From Eledone cirrhosa (Eukaryota): a DNA stretch of 64,000 bases. A model generated the notes under the pieces. It was given only the letters and a program-made list of their open reading frames with translations. It had not been told where the DNA came from and made no database searches. The stretch spans positions 353,896,001-353,960,000 of the forward strand of contig OZ024742.1 in assembly GCA_964016885.1 (NCBI GenBank). The letters are read 5' to 3'. Within the stretch, counting starts at the first letter, position 1. Every line of letters begins with the position of its first letter. Below, one piece after another: positions 12,572-27,032 of this stretch. The position numbers were made by a program, and so were the translations under genes.

Positions 12572-14076
12572 GTATATGTATGTATATGTGTATGTATATA
12601 TATGTGTATACATATGTATATATATATGTGTATATTTATATATATCTGTATATGTATGTATTTCACGTCACCAGTTGGTGCTACTGGCAACATGTATTCC
12701 ATACAACCTGTCCCATGGTCGGGTCGTTGGCAACTAAACTGGCAACCCCACCAAGGTTTCTTGGTGAGGAGGGTTACTTTGGACATCCTGCAGGACTAAA
12801 AACAAAATCTGTCAAAGGGAAAAGGAGCTCTTAAGAGTCAATGACCATCCAACATTACCAGGAGAGATGACCCCTTATCCTTTGTCATGGTAGAATTCTA
12901 GAAGAAGGAAAAATCTCATATAACTCCTGCAACCCTGTAATTTGGATACACAAATGACTCTTTATTGTTATAATTTTAGATATTTCCTTAATGTTCTAAA
13001 TTATATAACGATCATTACTTAATTTAATTTAATTTATTTTATTTAAATTCGGGTTACCTTCGTGCCATTGAAATCCTTAGCTCCTCTTTCAAACATCTTC
13101 GTGGACACTTTAGAAGTATTGTTAGTCTACTATATAAATTTAAATAAAACTCTCTTGCATTTTAAACTATATTTTTTGATATTGGGCATTTTATGATCGC
13201 AAACAATTCATTATTTTTACTTTTTCACTTTTTATTTTGAATATAGTCCTTATCCTTAGGACTCATGAAGTTTTGATATGTATATTTATAGTATATATCT
13301 ATTAAATGATCATATTACAATAATTGATCTAAAACATTAATGTTAACAATATTTTCAGTAACTTATTTATTGTATTGTATTATGTTATGTCTAATTGAGA
13401 GGTATCATCTTATTTATTTAGACAATATAATATGTGTGTATCTTTTTTTGATAAACGTATATATATAATTAAATAATCAAAGTGTTTTAAGTTTAATTAT
13501 AATGCCTGTTGATCATTTCGGCATTCAAATTGTTAATCTTAAAATTCTTTAAAAATTATAACTGTAATTATTTTATAAATTATATATTAACTTTTTTTCA
13601 ATATAATATAAATAATTTAAGAATTTATAATACATTTAGTAAAGTTTACCTTCGTGAGGTTGTAAAAACATTATGTTTTTCTTTCTCGTGTTTGTAAATC
13701 CTTTAATTTTGATTTCATAAAATTTGATTTTATAAATTAAATATGATAGTATACTTTAATATTAATACAGATATTTATTAACTTGTATAACCTAAAATAT
13801 TATTCATTACTCTGAAATAACTTAAATTAAATGATTTGAATGTTAACGGTCAACCAGATATGTTTGGATATATATTGTATATATGGATAATTATCTAACG
13901 ACTTGATATTAACCTTCATATGATTACACCCAATTATATTTAAAATTTCGATTGATGAATATTTTTAGATATTTCAATAATTCAATAATTCAATGAATTC
14001 AGTTTGTTCCTGTTTCCTAAAGCTAAGCTCAAATATTGTTCTAATTAATATCTCCCTATATTATTACACTATAAAA

Positions 14077-14227
14077 CCATGCTTTCTAGCATAGTTACGT
14101 CCCTTTACAGTCTGAGTTCAAATCCCGCCTAGGTTAACTTTGCCTTTCATCCTTATGGGGTCGATAAATTAAAGTACCAGTAATATACTGGGTAATTGGT
14201 GGCCTTGTGCCTAAAGTAGAAACAATT
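14077..14227 (+). mobile_element. 5'-truncated tRNA-derived SINE
   Basis: gagttcaaatcccgcc...ttgtgcctaaagtagaaacaat. Confidence 0.85.
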
Positions 14228-14574
14228 ATTACACTATAAAAGTTATTCCTATGTTTCTCTCTCTCTGTGATCAACTCTCTTTTGTTTTCTAGGCTCCTAC
14301 TAGCTATATTAGCTCCTCATCTGATTATTTTTCTTTGCCTTTCTTTTCTTTCCTCTTTCTTCAGTAATTTCAATTATTAGAATTTTTAACAGTTATATTG
14401 CTGCCATATATTTTTTAAGCTTTGTCACACGCACCCTCTCTATCATATGTATTATGTGTAGTTTTTTCATGTTTCAATATTTTTAGGTATATAAATATTG
14501 AGTTTTGTCATATTTTCCTCACTACCATGACTGAATCTTAACCATCTACTATGTCAGGGTATGTCATGCATTAT

Positions 14575-14640
14575 CTTATTTTATCTGATGAGGACGTACT
14601 GTTGAAGTTAACTCTGTACCTCTGAAATATATATAATAAC
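14575..14640 (+). ncRNA. Type I HHR in a solo pLTR-like segment (family E)
   Basis: TTAT CTGATGA (14585) stem II with GTAC/GTAC, GAAA (14624) TATATATA ATAA. Confidence 0.7.
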
Positions 14641-14789
14641 ATATACTTGATCACAATAATCTCTATTTTGTTAATATTTTGAATGAATATTAATAACTCC
14701 GGAAAACCAAACGTGTTGAGTGCTTCCAATCTATTGTAAAACTCATTCTTTGATTTATTCATTGAATCTTGTTTAACATTTAAAAAAAG

Positions 14790-14859
<70 letters not shown>

Positions 14860-15576
14860 CGTACAAACATATACGCTTACATACATACATGCATGCATAC
14901 ATACATACCTACACTTATGTATAATATTTTATCAACTCGTATTCTAAATCTAATTCCGTCTAATAAATTTGATTCTATTTAATGAATGTAAATTTACAAA
15001 CTAAATATCCTCTTCAAGTTATCCAATAAAACCTACTTATCTAATAATTCTAATAGAAAAAAAATGAGATTATTACAGGATACATTTCTATATATCCCTT
15101 CAGAAATTATGGCATTGCTTTATTTTTTTCTCTTTTCAACGCATAGATTTATATTTGTAATTACTGCGTTTATATATCACTAATATCGACTTTCCTATCT
15201 CCAGCTTCGATGTTTAAGTCCACAATTCTATTCCAGCAATCTTTAATTAAATATATTCTAGCTACTTGTATACACATATTTTAGATTGTTGATATGTAGT
15301 TTAAAACGTCAGCTTTAACATATAAAAGGGATTTATTGTATTTTATGGTAACAAAATTGAATCCAAATAATGTTTGAGGATCGAGAGAGGAAAATTAATA
15401 CATTAAACAATATGTTGTACAACATTGCTTTCCTCATGTGATGATATTGTTTTATTTTTAACTTAGTCTGTATTATATTGAAATTAATACTGCAATATAA
15501 ACTAATGAATTCACTTGCAATTGTTACACATTTTCCTGCATATATACGTGTATTAATCTTGATATATATATATATT

Positions 15577-16590
15577 TAGAAGATCACGTTAAGGGTGAAA
15601 GCAGCGATTCTTTGCTTAAACTTTAATCTGTTGTTTTAATAATATATATATATATATATAGTAATAATAATAAATTTGAAGACTAACATCGAAAGAGTGC
15701 TCGACAAGTATACATATATATCAATATATAAGAAGCGTAGAGCAAATATTTATTAAAATAACAGATTAAAGTTTAAGCAAAGAATCGCTGCTTTCACCCG
15801 TAACGGGATCTTCTGAAACTAATAAAGTCAATCTGTAAACGCAGAAGTCGATATTTCAAAAAACCTTGCAACCGGAGAAAGACAGGAAAACGATACTTTG
15901 GTTCTTGGAAACGTTCCCTGGCAAAGAACGGGAAAGAACGAATATAATACGTTATATATTTGGAGCGGTGAAAAACAATTACACGCACAGACAAAACCGC
16001 GTCTATGGTATAAAAGAAGTTGTAGACTATTAGGTAGCTCATAGGGACGTTCTCTGGCAATGAACGGAAAAAAGAAAGATAATACGTCATATGTGAAGCG
16101 TGGAGAACAATAGCACGCAAAGACAAAACCACGTAAATGGTATAACTGAAGTCGTAGACTAAAATTCTAAGTAGATAACCGAATGATTCTCGGCTACAGA
16201 GTTAAGAAGAAAGTAAATGAAATACAGAGGTAATTGAAATTAAATAAATACATACACGCATCCATATACGTACATACACAAGCATACTCGAACACACTCG
16301 CCATAGGTATACAAGTACACGCACATATAAATATGTTAGTGTGTACACAAATAATTAAATAAACGTATATAAATAAATAAATACGTATATAACAAGCGCA
16401 CACACATACCTACATGTAAATACACATATGTTCGGAGACGTATGTCAACCAAAACACAGCCGACATACGTACGAACCCGCATACACACACAGACGCAAAA
16501 CTCACGTATGCACATAGTTTCAGAAGATCCCGTTAAGGGTGAAAGCAGCGATTCTTTGCTTAATCTTTAATCTGTTATTTTAATATATAT
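15577..16590 (-). mobile_element. ORF-less HHR-bearing element, family B: long copy 15661-16515 on minus, with short inverted copies at both ends
   Basis: Reverse complement of 19192-20035; internal ~140-bp tandem duplication; (TA)n flanks. Confidence 0.85.
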
Positions 16591-16605
16591 ATATATATAT
16601 ATATG

Positions 16606-18838
16606 TCGTTTCTGAATTTGTTTAGCAAGATTTTTTTATCTGAAAACGTGTGCTGAAACCGATATTGTTATACTTTGAGAGGGTTATGTTGCAATAAAAA
16701 ACACACGCACCAGTTGCTTTCGCTTCACTTTATTATAATAAATTTATAAATTTAGGAATTTATAAATTTCCGGTTGGTCGGTTGGTTCCACAACCAGATG
16801 GCTATTTACAAACTGCATAATATGTAGTATGGATGTTGTGTCCCTGTATTCATCTATTGGCGTGGATTTTGCTGTGGAGAAATGCTTAGAAATGATCAGT
16901 GAGAGCAATGTTGAATTCCATGGGATTGGTACCAGTGAGCTGGGATTCCTACTTAAAATTACCTACAGTAATAATTATCTAGACACATCTGACCTTAGCA
17001 ACCTGTGCCCTACAAGACCGGCAAGAGGCAGATCACCTACCATTACCTCAATGGCCAAGAAAACCCACACAGATAGATCGAACGGGTGGACCAGAGACAT
17101 ACGGACCCCCGAAAACCACGATGAAGTAAAGAAAATGATTGCACATGCGGTGGGGGCCAGCATAAAATTAACCCTTAAGGAACATATGTTCGAATGTAAT
17201 GGAAAAACATATCCCCAAGAGGAGGGAGCAGCTCTTTGTTTTAGCATTGCAGGCGACATAGTTAACCTATTCATGGTATGGTGGGACAGTAGACTTAAAC
17301 TTAAACTTAACGAACAATTAGAAGACCCCTTAACCCTGATAGTGTACTCCTGCTACGTTGATGATATAAACATCGTAGTTAAAACACCCCTACTAGAGAA
17401 CAGTCAGGAATTAGAGAAAAACACAATGGAAAGCATCCAGCAAGTAGCTCACTCCATCCACCAGAGTATTAGAGTTACTATAGACTACTAAACCAAATAC
17501 CACAACCATCGATTACCAGTACTAGACACAGAGCTCTGGTTCCTCCATTCCCATTATGCCAAACCTATGACTTCCAAATATCTAATCTACCGAAACTCAG
17601 ATGATTCGGACCATACCAAAATCAACATACTGATTGCGGATTTGGTATGGGTGATGAGAAACGTGTCCTGCATGTGCAACCCCTAAAAACTAGAGATACA
17701 CATATAACACTTCATCCACCGTATTCAGTTCTCTGGTTACAATCAGAGAGATAACATCACAGTATATAGAGGAGCCAGAACGAAATGGGGAAAAAATGGT
17801 AAATAATGACACAAATGGGCCCTGCCCCTTGTATAGATGCACATTTTGGAATAGAATAGTAAGAACTAGGAGTAAGGCTAATAGAATAAACTCATGGTAT
17901 GATAGCAATAAATACCAGAGTGTAATGTTCATCGATACAACTTCTAGAGGTGAATTAGCTTACAAATTTAGAAGGGGCCTAGATAAACATGAACTCAATA
18001 TTATACGGTAGTAGAAAGACCAGGTACCTCAATAAAATCACTTATTAGCAATACATACCCTTTTCAAGACCTCTCTGTATAGATAAGAAATGTATAATCT
18101 GTAAATTAAGCCCCATATTAACTGTAAAACTAGAAATGTAGTATATAGCATATGATGTACTGAGGGACAATGTAGAGAAAAAAATGTAGTGTACATAGGT
18201 GAGACAGCTCGTAGTATAGTTGAACGGATAAATGAACACTGGCGAGACCTTCAAGATAGTAAAGAACAATCTGTACTCTACCAACATGCTAAAATAGAAC
18301 ATAAGGGTAAATTAGAGAACATAGAAATAAAAATAGAATCTACACACAGAAAATACGCAATGTTTAGACAAATCACAGAGGCAATAAACATAAATGAATT
18401 ACAACCAAAATTAAATAGAAAACATGAGTGGAACAGCAACATCACAACTTACAATTAAGGACAAAATGAAAACACACACGCACATAGAACAAACAACCAA
18501 CCAGTAACATGTAAATAAACAAATAAATAAACGAATATAAACACACACACAGACACCCGGATGTAACACATGCACAAACTAAACACACAACACACACACA
18601 ACCAAAATATGGCGTAGGACAGAACAAAGGAGAGGCACAAAAACAAAGAAAAGAATTCTCAGTCACTGAAGAGATCACCGACTGTGTGACAAAAGAAATT
18701 TGACAACATATAAACAACCTTCTGGTTGTGGAACCAACCAACCAACCAACCGGAAATTTATAAATTTATTATAATAAATTGAAGTGAAAGCAACTGGTCC
18801 GTGTGTTTCTTATTGGCAACATGACCCTCCCAAAGTAT

Positions 18839-18842
<4 letters not shown>
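16606..18842 (+). mobile_element. PLE family A, 5'-truncated, with inverted 5' pLTR
   Basis: 16606-16800 is inverted relative to the 3' pLTR (18715-18840 and 2985-3188); RT and GIY-YIG lie between; degenerate HHR at 18661-18705. Confidence 0.9.
16829..18458 (+). pseudogene. PLE reverse transcriptase plus GIY-YIG, disrupted
   Basis: DVVSLYSSI; YPQEEGAALCFSIAGDIVNLFM; CYVDDI; LPVLD; YIGETARSIVERINEH. Confidence 0.9.
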
Positions 18843-18883
<41 letters not shown>

Positions 18884-18888
<5 letters not shown>

Positions 18889-20030
18889 TAAAATAACAGA
18901 TTAAAGTTTAAGCAAATAATCGCTGCTTTCACCCTCAACGGGATCTTCTGAAACTAACAAAGTCAATCTGTAAACTCAGAAGTGTATATTTCATAAAATG
19001 TTGCAACCGGAGGAAGACAGAAGACGATACTTTGGTTCGTGGAAACGTTCCCTGTCAAAGAACAGGAAAAACGAATATAATACGTCATTAATATGAGCGG
19101 CGAAAAACAATTACGCGCAAAGACAGAACCACGTTTATGGTATAAAAGAAGTCGTAGACTAATGTTCTCTTAGGTGGTTTATAGAGACGCAGGTTCGTAC
19201 GTATGTAGGGTGCGTGTATATGTGTACTTCATGTTTTGGTTCACGTGCTTCCGTACATTTGTCTATTTACATGTAGGCATGTGTGCGCTTGTTATATATG
19301 TATTTATTTATTTATATACGTTTATTTAATTATTTATTTATTTGTATACACGCACACACACATACACATATTAATATGTGCGTGGTTTTGTATAACTATG
19401 GCAAATGTTTTCCCGTATGTTTGTGTATGTACGTATTTGCATGCGTGTATGTATTTATATAATTTCTATAACCTTTGTAGTGTATTTCATTTACTTTATT
19501 CTTAACTCTGAAGCGTAGATTCATTCGGTTTCCTAGTTAGAATTTTAGTCTACGACTTCAGCTATACAGTTTACGTGGTTTTGTTTTTGCGTGCAATTGT
19601 TCTCCACGCTCCACATATGACATATTATCTTCGATTTTCCGTTAATTGCGAGAGAACGTCCCTATGAACCACATAATATAACATTAGTCTAAACGTGGTT
19701 CTGTCTTTGCGCGTAATTGTTTTGCACCGCTCCTATTAATGACGTATTATATTCGTTTTGCCCGTTCTTTGCCAGGGGACGTCACCACGAACCAAAGTAT
19801 CGTCTTGCTGTCTTCCTCCGGTTGCAACGTTTTTTGAAATATCCACTTCTGCGTTTATAGATTGACTTTGTTAGTTTCAGAAGATCCCGTTACGGGTGAA
19901 AGCAGCGATTCTTTGCTTAAACTTTAAACTGTTATTTTAATAAATATTTGCTCTACGGTTCTTATATATTTGATATATATTTATCCTAATCGAGCCCTCT
20001 TTGGATTTTCTTCTTAAAATGTATTATTAT

Positions 20031-20035
<5 letters not shown>
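18884..20035 (+). mobile_element. ORF-less HHR-bearing element, family B, with ~300-bp inverted 5' arm
   Basis: 18884-19190 is the reverse complement of about 19690-19947; (TA)n on both sides. Confidence 0.87.
19859..19930 (+). ncRNA. Type I HHR fold with CAGAAGA (U4A) core, family B (also 15763-15834 minus, 16516-16573 plus, 18898-18969 minus)
   Basis: AGTTT CAGAAGA T-CCCG-TTA-CGGG-T GAA AGCAG-CGATTCT-TTGCT T AAACT; extended distal stem I. Confidence 0.7.
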
Positions 20036-20108
<73 letters not shown>

Positions 20109-20712
20109 GTTATATAGTAAGGTGCATTATTTTTTGTGTAAAATGGTCCAATAAATCTATGTTAGCAATATTAAATTCTCCACGCTTTTGTATATCTCCA
20201 ATTCCATTCAAGGGAACAGCTAGATGATGTAAAACGGAGTATAAGTATCAAAATGAAAATCCGAAGGCAAGATAAAATTCCAATCATTTAATCACGAGAC
20301 ATGTTTCAATAAGTGATAGATCGATTGTGAAGCCATGATCGATTATAATTGATCTCATCAGGTGAATTTGAATTGTCTTCAAATTCTTGATACGAGGGTG
20401 AACAAATAACGATCTTCCCTCACAGAATTCATTCCCTCATATGAAGAAACACCAGACAGAGACACGGTGACTGCTATTAATTTCAGTTGAGGTCATACAA
20501 GTTGTCAGACTTTTATCGCTGCAAAAGACGCTGGACATCAATCAAATATGTAGGGATATAGTTAATATGAGTGGGTACACACACACACCACACCCATATA
20601 CACAGGCTCGAGTTTAAAGAAATATATACATATATATATACACACATCAACACAGTATCATATATTACATATATATAGATAATGTGGGTAATATTATATA
20701 AACAATATTATC

Positions 20713-20760
<48 letters not shown>

Positions 20761-20764
<4 letters not shown>

Positions 20765-21487
20765 CATTATGAAGAGAGAAGAAACATTTAGATATAATTA
20801 GTAATAAAATGTATCATACCTAAACTGCTCCTAAATTCCTCGACTACGCAGTTTCGTGGCATAAACAAAAACAATATATCATAAAGATATAGAGTCCTTG
20901 CGAGGTCTGCCGACCTATCAAGAGGATACCTCATTTTACTAGTCTCAAGAACGCGTCTACACGACGTGAGAAAGAATCCCAAAAGGCGGATGGGGAGATA
21001 GTCACGCGATATAACGGTCGAGAAACAGAGCTAAGCCTCTTATAACCCCGAAGAAAATACCACGGAGGCGGAGGGGGTATTTATATCGAGGCCGTAGAAG
21101 AGGTGGTGAAGAAGGCGAGAAGTATGAGTAATGGAAGCTTTCCAGCTGTTCCCACACTTCAAAGATTGCTCCCCCTCCGCCTCCGTGGTATTTTCTTGGG
21201 GGTTATAAGAGGCTTAGCTCTGTTTCTCGACAGTTATATCGCGTGACTATCTCCCCCTCCGCCTTTTGGGATTCTTTCTCACGTCGTGTAGACGCGTTCT
21301 TGAGACTAGTAAAATGAGGTATCCTCTTGATAGGTCGGCAGACCTCGCAAGGACTCTATATCTTTATGATATATTGTTTTTGTTTATGCCACGAAACTAC
21401 GTAGTCGAGGAATTTAGGAGCAGTTTAGGAATGATACATTTTATTACTAATTATATCTAAATGTTTCTTCTCTCTTCATAATGTATT
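20761..21487. mobile_element. ORF-less fold-back element: ~320-bp inverted arms, one HHR per arm
   Basis: 20761-21077 versus 21171-21487 are near-identical reverse complements; (TA)n on the left. Confidence 0.9.
21322..21411 (+). ncRNA. Type I HHR, UUGAUAG core variant (mirror copy 20837-20926 minus)
   Basis: TCCTC TTGATAG GTCGGCA...TGCCAC GAAAC-TACGTA-GTC GAGGA; palindromic stem III ACTACGTAGT. Confidence 0.72.
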
Positions 21488-22345
21488 TTTAACTCTGATA
21501 CTGGTTCAGTCTAGTTCAACTGAATTGGTCTGCCCCAGTCATTCATTGAGCAACATCGGTGAAGTTGGCACCCTTAACTCACAGTTGGGTGCGGATGCAT
21601 TCATGTATATATGTGTGTGTCCGCATGTATCTGTGTGTTTCTAAATATATTGTTATATATATAAATATATATATTCGCTATACAAGAATGCAATTCTATT
21701 CTAGCACTCAACGCCATATTCGCAATGACAGGCATGACGGAGTATATAATTAAAGATGAAAATGCGAAGTTGAAGGTGCTAGAGTCTTTTATTATTTGAG
21801 CAGTTATACATATTTCAATGACGATGAACATCGTGATCTCTTCAGACAGCAACAGTGATTAAAAGGTAACATTTTCGAGGCAATTTTATGTGGAAGGGAG
21901 TGGACTAAACAAAATGTGTTCTTGCTTTGGTTGTCCATCCTCTACTAGTTTCATGCTATCCAGGAAGCTCTACGCATGTGGCAGGGGTGTGTGGGTGGCT
22001 GACTCCTTAGCCTTCACCCAGAATATTACCAGGCTTGTATGTTCTCTATATCTACCAATCTCCCACCACAGAGGTTGACAACTCGATATGGTCACTGGGA
22101 TTTCAAGCCAGCCAAAACTTACAGCTAGCTTTGGCAGTCGGTAGAATATCGAGGCATTTGTAACGGGCATCCGTTTTTGGAGGGATAATCACCCCAAGGC
22201 GAGTTGGTTCCCTGCTGCTATGGTTAATACAACTTGTCATAGAACATATTAAAAGTTTCACAACCGGAACACATTTCTAAATTTCATACGTTAAGAGTTT
22301 AAAGTTAAATAGACAATACACATTAATATACACATATATAAATAA

Positions 22346-22405
<60 letters not shown>

Positions 22406-22569
22406 TTTTTTATTTTTTTATTTTTGCGCAGCCAATCTTACAATTTTTTATTTGTACTTACTTATCCACAAGTTTTTTACACCCTGTATCAATATGGCTG
22501 AACGCCTTAATGAGTGTATACTTTCTATATATGTACATGAGCGACTACGTATGTGCGCGCGCGTGCGTG

Positions 22570-22630
<61 letters not shown>

Positions 22631-22789
22631 ATGTATATATGTATGCGTATGTGTATGTGTCTTTATATCCGTCTTTTGACATCTAGGTTTTATGTTTTGT
22701 TCCTTTTTTCTTCTCCCCCGCCCCCACACTTTTTTTACTTACTCATTTTTATGCGTCTGCATGCAAACGGTCAATATGCGTGAGTGTAA

Positions 22790-22834
<45 letters not shown>

Positions 22835-23673
22835 TATCGAACGTATGGATGTGTAAGTGTGCGTGTGTATATAAGCATGTCTATTTTTGCGTTTCCTTTG
22901 TGAGATATGCGTGTCTGTGTATGTATGTACCCTTTTTTGTCTTTTTTTCTTTAATTTTTTCTTTCTAATTTTTTTCATTCTAAATTATTGTTCCATTTTT
23001 ATAAATATATCGAGATTGATACTTTCCTTTAATTGTTACACTCGCTTACCTCTTTTACTTCCGCATCTAAGTGTATGTGTATGTAGGTGTGTTTATGCGC
23101 CCGCCTTCATATTCTTATGATGTATCTATTCTGTCTGTAGATTACAGACATACAGATACATTTGCCCTAAATTATACATTTACGCACACTTTTTCACTAT
23201 ACGTATACATATGTGCATACACATATATGCACATCTGTGAGCGTATATACATACATATACACACACCTAACTATATTTCTTGAAAGATTATTATATATTT
23301 CATATTCTAATTCATTTGTCTATATTTTTTTTTGATTTTCTTGACGAGACTTTCCAAGTATTTACCCATGTTTTATATTGCCTCGTGTGACGAACGAATG
23401 AAGACGTTTCTTTCGTATTCGCCTCATTCGGGAAACCTCTGGGAATGAGGTAATTATATTGTATTGATTTTTATACATTAAATGTTGCTCTGATACTTAC
23501 ATAGAGCACTCTTCACTTCTATGACCTTATCTGTTTTCAACGGAAATTTCAATACTTATACAGCTCCCAAGGGAATGATCGCAGCATATTCTACATCTTT
23601 ATGAGATTGGCACTTTCCAGCCCTTTTAAATTCGAGCACTCTTCAGTCATAGGATTTTAAACCAATACTGAAC

Positions 23674-25793
23674 ATGGATAGATACCCTTTGGAATACTCT
23701 GTAAAGAATATCCCAATACCTTCTAACACTCTCTACACGAAAATACTGATAGACAAAGTAGAGAAGGTTGTTAAAAGAATGAGATGGAAAGCTTTGATTC
23801 TCGATGGACAATTTAACACGGATTCTACAGAATATTTTGACATCAAAACTCATAAATACCCGCAAAGAGTAAAAGATATGACCGCCTTTGAATTAGACCT
23901 AGTTAACCTAATCAACAATATCAATTTTCGTAAGTACTCTAACCCTTTTCAATCTAAATTATCTAATGATATTTCAACTTTCAAATCTTCTAATAATAAG
24001 TTCATCTTCTCCGATAAAACTAAAAACCTATATGAAGTTAATAATAATTTACACGACCAACTATTAATAGATAATATCACCTCTAAATACCAAATAGCTA
24101 ATATAAATACGCACCATAATATAAATAAGGAAGCTAAAGAATTAGCTGTTTCTTTAAAAATAGATAATAGGACAGAAAAAACTTGCTAAACGTTCTGCGT
24201 ATATCACCCTTAAAGATCATAAACCCGACTTTATTAATCGTCCTAGTTGTAGATCAATCAACCCTGCTAAGACTGATATTGGTCTTGCCAGCAAAAAAAA
24301 TTTAAATAAATTAAATACACACATTAGAAGTAAGTCTAAATTACTCCAATGGATAAATAGCTCTTCCGTAGTACATTGGTTTAATAATATTAAAAAAAAA
24401 AATAGTTCTAGATTCACCCAATTTGACATTGTAGATTTCTACCCATCTATCACTCAGACCCTTTTAGCGAAAGCTTTAAATTTCGTTAGAGTGTTTACTA
24501 ATATCTCCGATATTGAAGAGAATGTCATCTTGCATGCTAGGAACACTCTACTTGTTAATGATAATGACACTTGGGTAAAATATCTAACCCAGAGAACCCA
24601 TTCGATGTCTCAATGGGCTCTTACGACAGTGCTGATGTTTGTGATCTGGTCGGCCTATTCCTCTTACATACACTTAAATAAAAATTTCCTAACCATATTT
24701 TGGGGCTTTATCGCGACGATGGTCTAATACTTTCCCATACCACCATAGGTCATAACTTAGATAGATTAAGGAAAGACTTAATAAATACCTTCGCTAGTTT
24801 TAATCTTAAAATTACTATTGACACTAACCTTTCCAACGTAGATTTTCTAGATATAAACCTAGATTTGCCTACTGCTTCTTATAAACCATACCATAAACCT
24901 AATGAAAACTTAAAATATATAAATAAAGGATCTTGCCATCCACCTGTTGTTTTTAAAAACCTTATCCCTAATATTAGCCGTAGGATCTCCACCCTCTCTT
25001 CCTAAGAAGCTATTTTTAATAAGGCATCCCCCTACTATAATAAAGCCCTCCAAAATAGCGGTTTTAGTGAACCGATTAAATACATAGCCAACTATACTAA
25101 CTCTATTAAACATAAACACAGGAAAAGAAAAATAATCTGGTTCAGACCCCCTACTCTCTAGCAGTTAAAACTAATGTAGGCAAAACATTCCTTGAGCTCC
25201 TAGATAAACATTTCCCTAGAACACATAGAAACTATAAGATCTTTAACAGAAACTGTGTCAAAATTAGCTATTCCTGCGGTCCCCCTATTAAGTCCTATAT
25301 CCTCAACAGAATATCACCTAGAGAATATCAAACTTGCTCCTGTAGAATCAAAAGTGAATGTCCATTACAAGGTAAATGCAACACCAAAGCCATTGTATAT
25401 GCGGCTAAAGTGACAACCATCAGCAACAACCATCACCCCACCAATGAACGATATGTGGGTATGACGCAAGACAAATTCAAAACGCGTTATTACTCACATG
25501 TCGCATCCTTTCGACATCCAGAAAAAAGATTTACAACAGCTCTGGCTGGCAGAATTTGGGATTTGAAAGACCAAGGCATCCAATATAAATTAGATTGGTC
25601 AATTTTGAACCAATCTAAAGAATATGCTAGAGGAACAAGAAAATGCACGCTCTGCATAAACGAAAAATATTGCATATTCCAAAATCTAAAATCACCAAAG
25701 ACCTGCCTGAAGACAAAGACGGACATTTTCAGCAGTTGCCCACACATGAAATCACACCTGCTTTCCAGCTCATATAAACTTAACACACTTTAA
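23674..25793 (+). pseudogene. PLE polyprotein (RT plus GIY-YIG) with stops and frameshifts
   Basis: SVKNIPIPS..KRMRWKA; SDKTKNLY; KDHK; FDIVDFYPSI; GLYRDDGL; FLDINLDL; CSCR..CPLQGKC; YVGMT..FKTR..H; CTLC. Confidence 0.93.
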
Positions 25794-26247
25794 GATACTT
25801 ATCCTCCATAAACTCTTATTATTCTCTTTTTAATTACCCTTTCTGTCTTACTTTCATTTTTATCCTTGTCATTAATTTCATTTATTTTTATTTTTATATA
25901 TTTTTTTTTTTTTATTTTTACTTCACATCCACCATAACCCCCCCCCCCCTTTATTCTCCGATTTACTCACCTAATATTTTCACTTTCCATTTTTTACTTC
26001 CCTTTTTTTACTTCCCTTTTTCCTTAACTAACTGATTAAACTGTCATTTGTGTTTTCCAATTCAGATATATTTTTCATTTTTATTTTTATTTTTTTATTT
26101 TTGCGCAGCCAATCTTACAATTTGATATTTGTACTTACTCATCCACAAGTTTTTTACACCATGTATCAATATGGCTGAACGCCTTAATGTGTGTATACTT
26201 TCTATATATGTACATGAGCGATTATGTATGTGCGCGCGCGTGGCGTG

Positions 26248-26318
<71 letters not shown>

Positions 26319-27032
26319 GTATGTATATATGTATGCGTATGTGTATGTGTCTTTATATCCGTATTTTGACATCTAGGTTTTGTTTTGTTACTTTTTTCTT
26401 CCCCCCCCCCTTTTTTACTTACTCATGTTTATGCGTGTGCATGCAAACAGGTCAATATGCGTGAGTGTAAGTGTGTGTGTGTGTGTGTGTGTACGTATCG
26501 AACGTATGGATGTGTAAATGTGCGTGTGTATATAAGCATGTATATTTTTGCGTTTCCTTTGTGAGATATGCGTGTCTGTGTATGTATGTGCCCTTTTTGT
26601 CTTCTTTTCTTTAATCTTTTCGTTCTAATTTTTTTCTTTCTATTTTATTGTTCCATTTTTATAAATATATCGAGATTGATACTTTCCTTTAATTATTACA
26701 CTCCCTTACTTCTTTTACTTCCGCATCTAATTGTATGTGTGTGTAGGTGTGTTTATGCGCGCGCCTTCATATTCTTATGATGTATCTATTCTGTCTGTAG
26801 ATTACAGACATACAGATACATTTGCCCTAAATTATACATTTACGCACACGTTTTCACTATACGTATACATATGTGCATACACATATATGCACATATGTGA
26901 GCGTATATACATACATATATACACACCAAACTATATTTCTTGAAAGATTATTATATATTTCATATTCTAATTCATTTGTCTATATTTTTGATTTTCTTGA
27001 CGAGACTTTCCAAGTATTTACCCATGTTTTAT

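Noticed and set aside
12660-12960. GC-richer islands resembling LINE (RTE-type) 5' UTRs (also 21880-22240, 51750-52120), possible HDV-like ribozymes
   Set aside because: I could not build the nested double pseudoknot or find an ORF by eye; a Dfam/Infernal search is needed.
20761-21487. Fold-backs as amplification or assembly chimeras, or as DNA-transposon MITEs
   Set aside because: The arms carry independent substitutions and consist of HHR-bearing pLTR-type sequence, often with one arm extending further. This fits PLE inversion better, although the perfect 45663-45887 case stays open.
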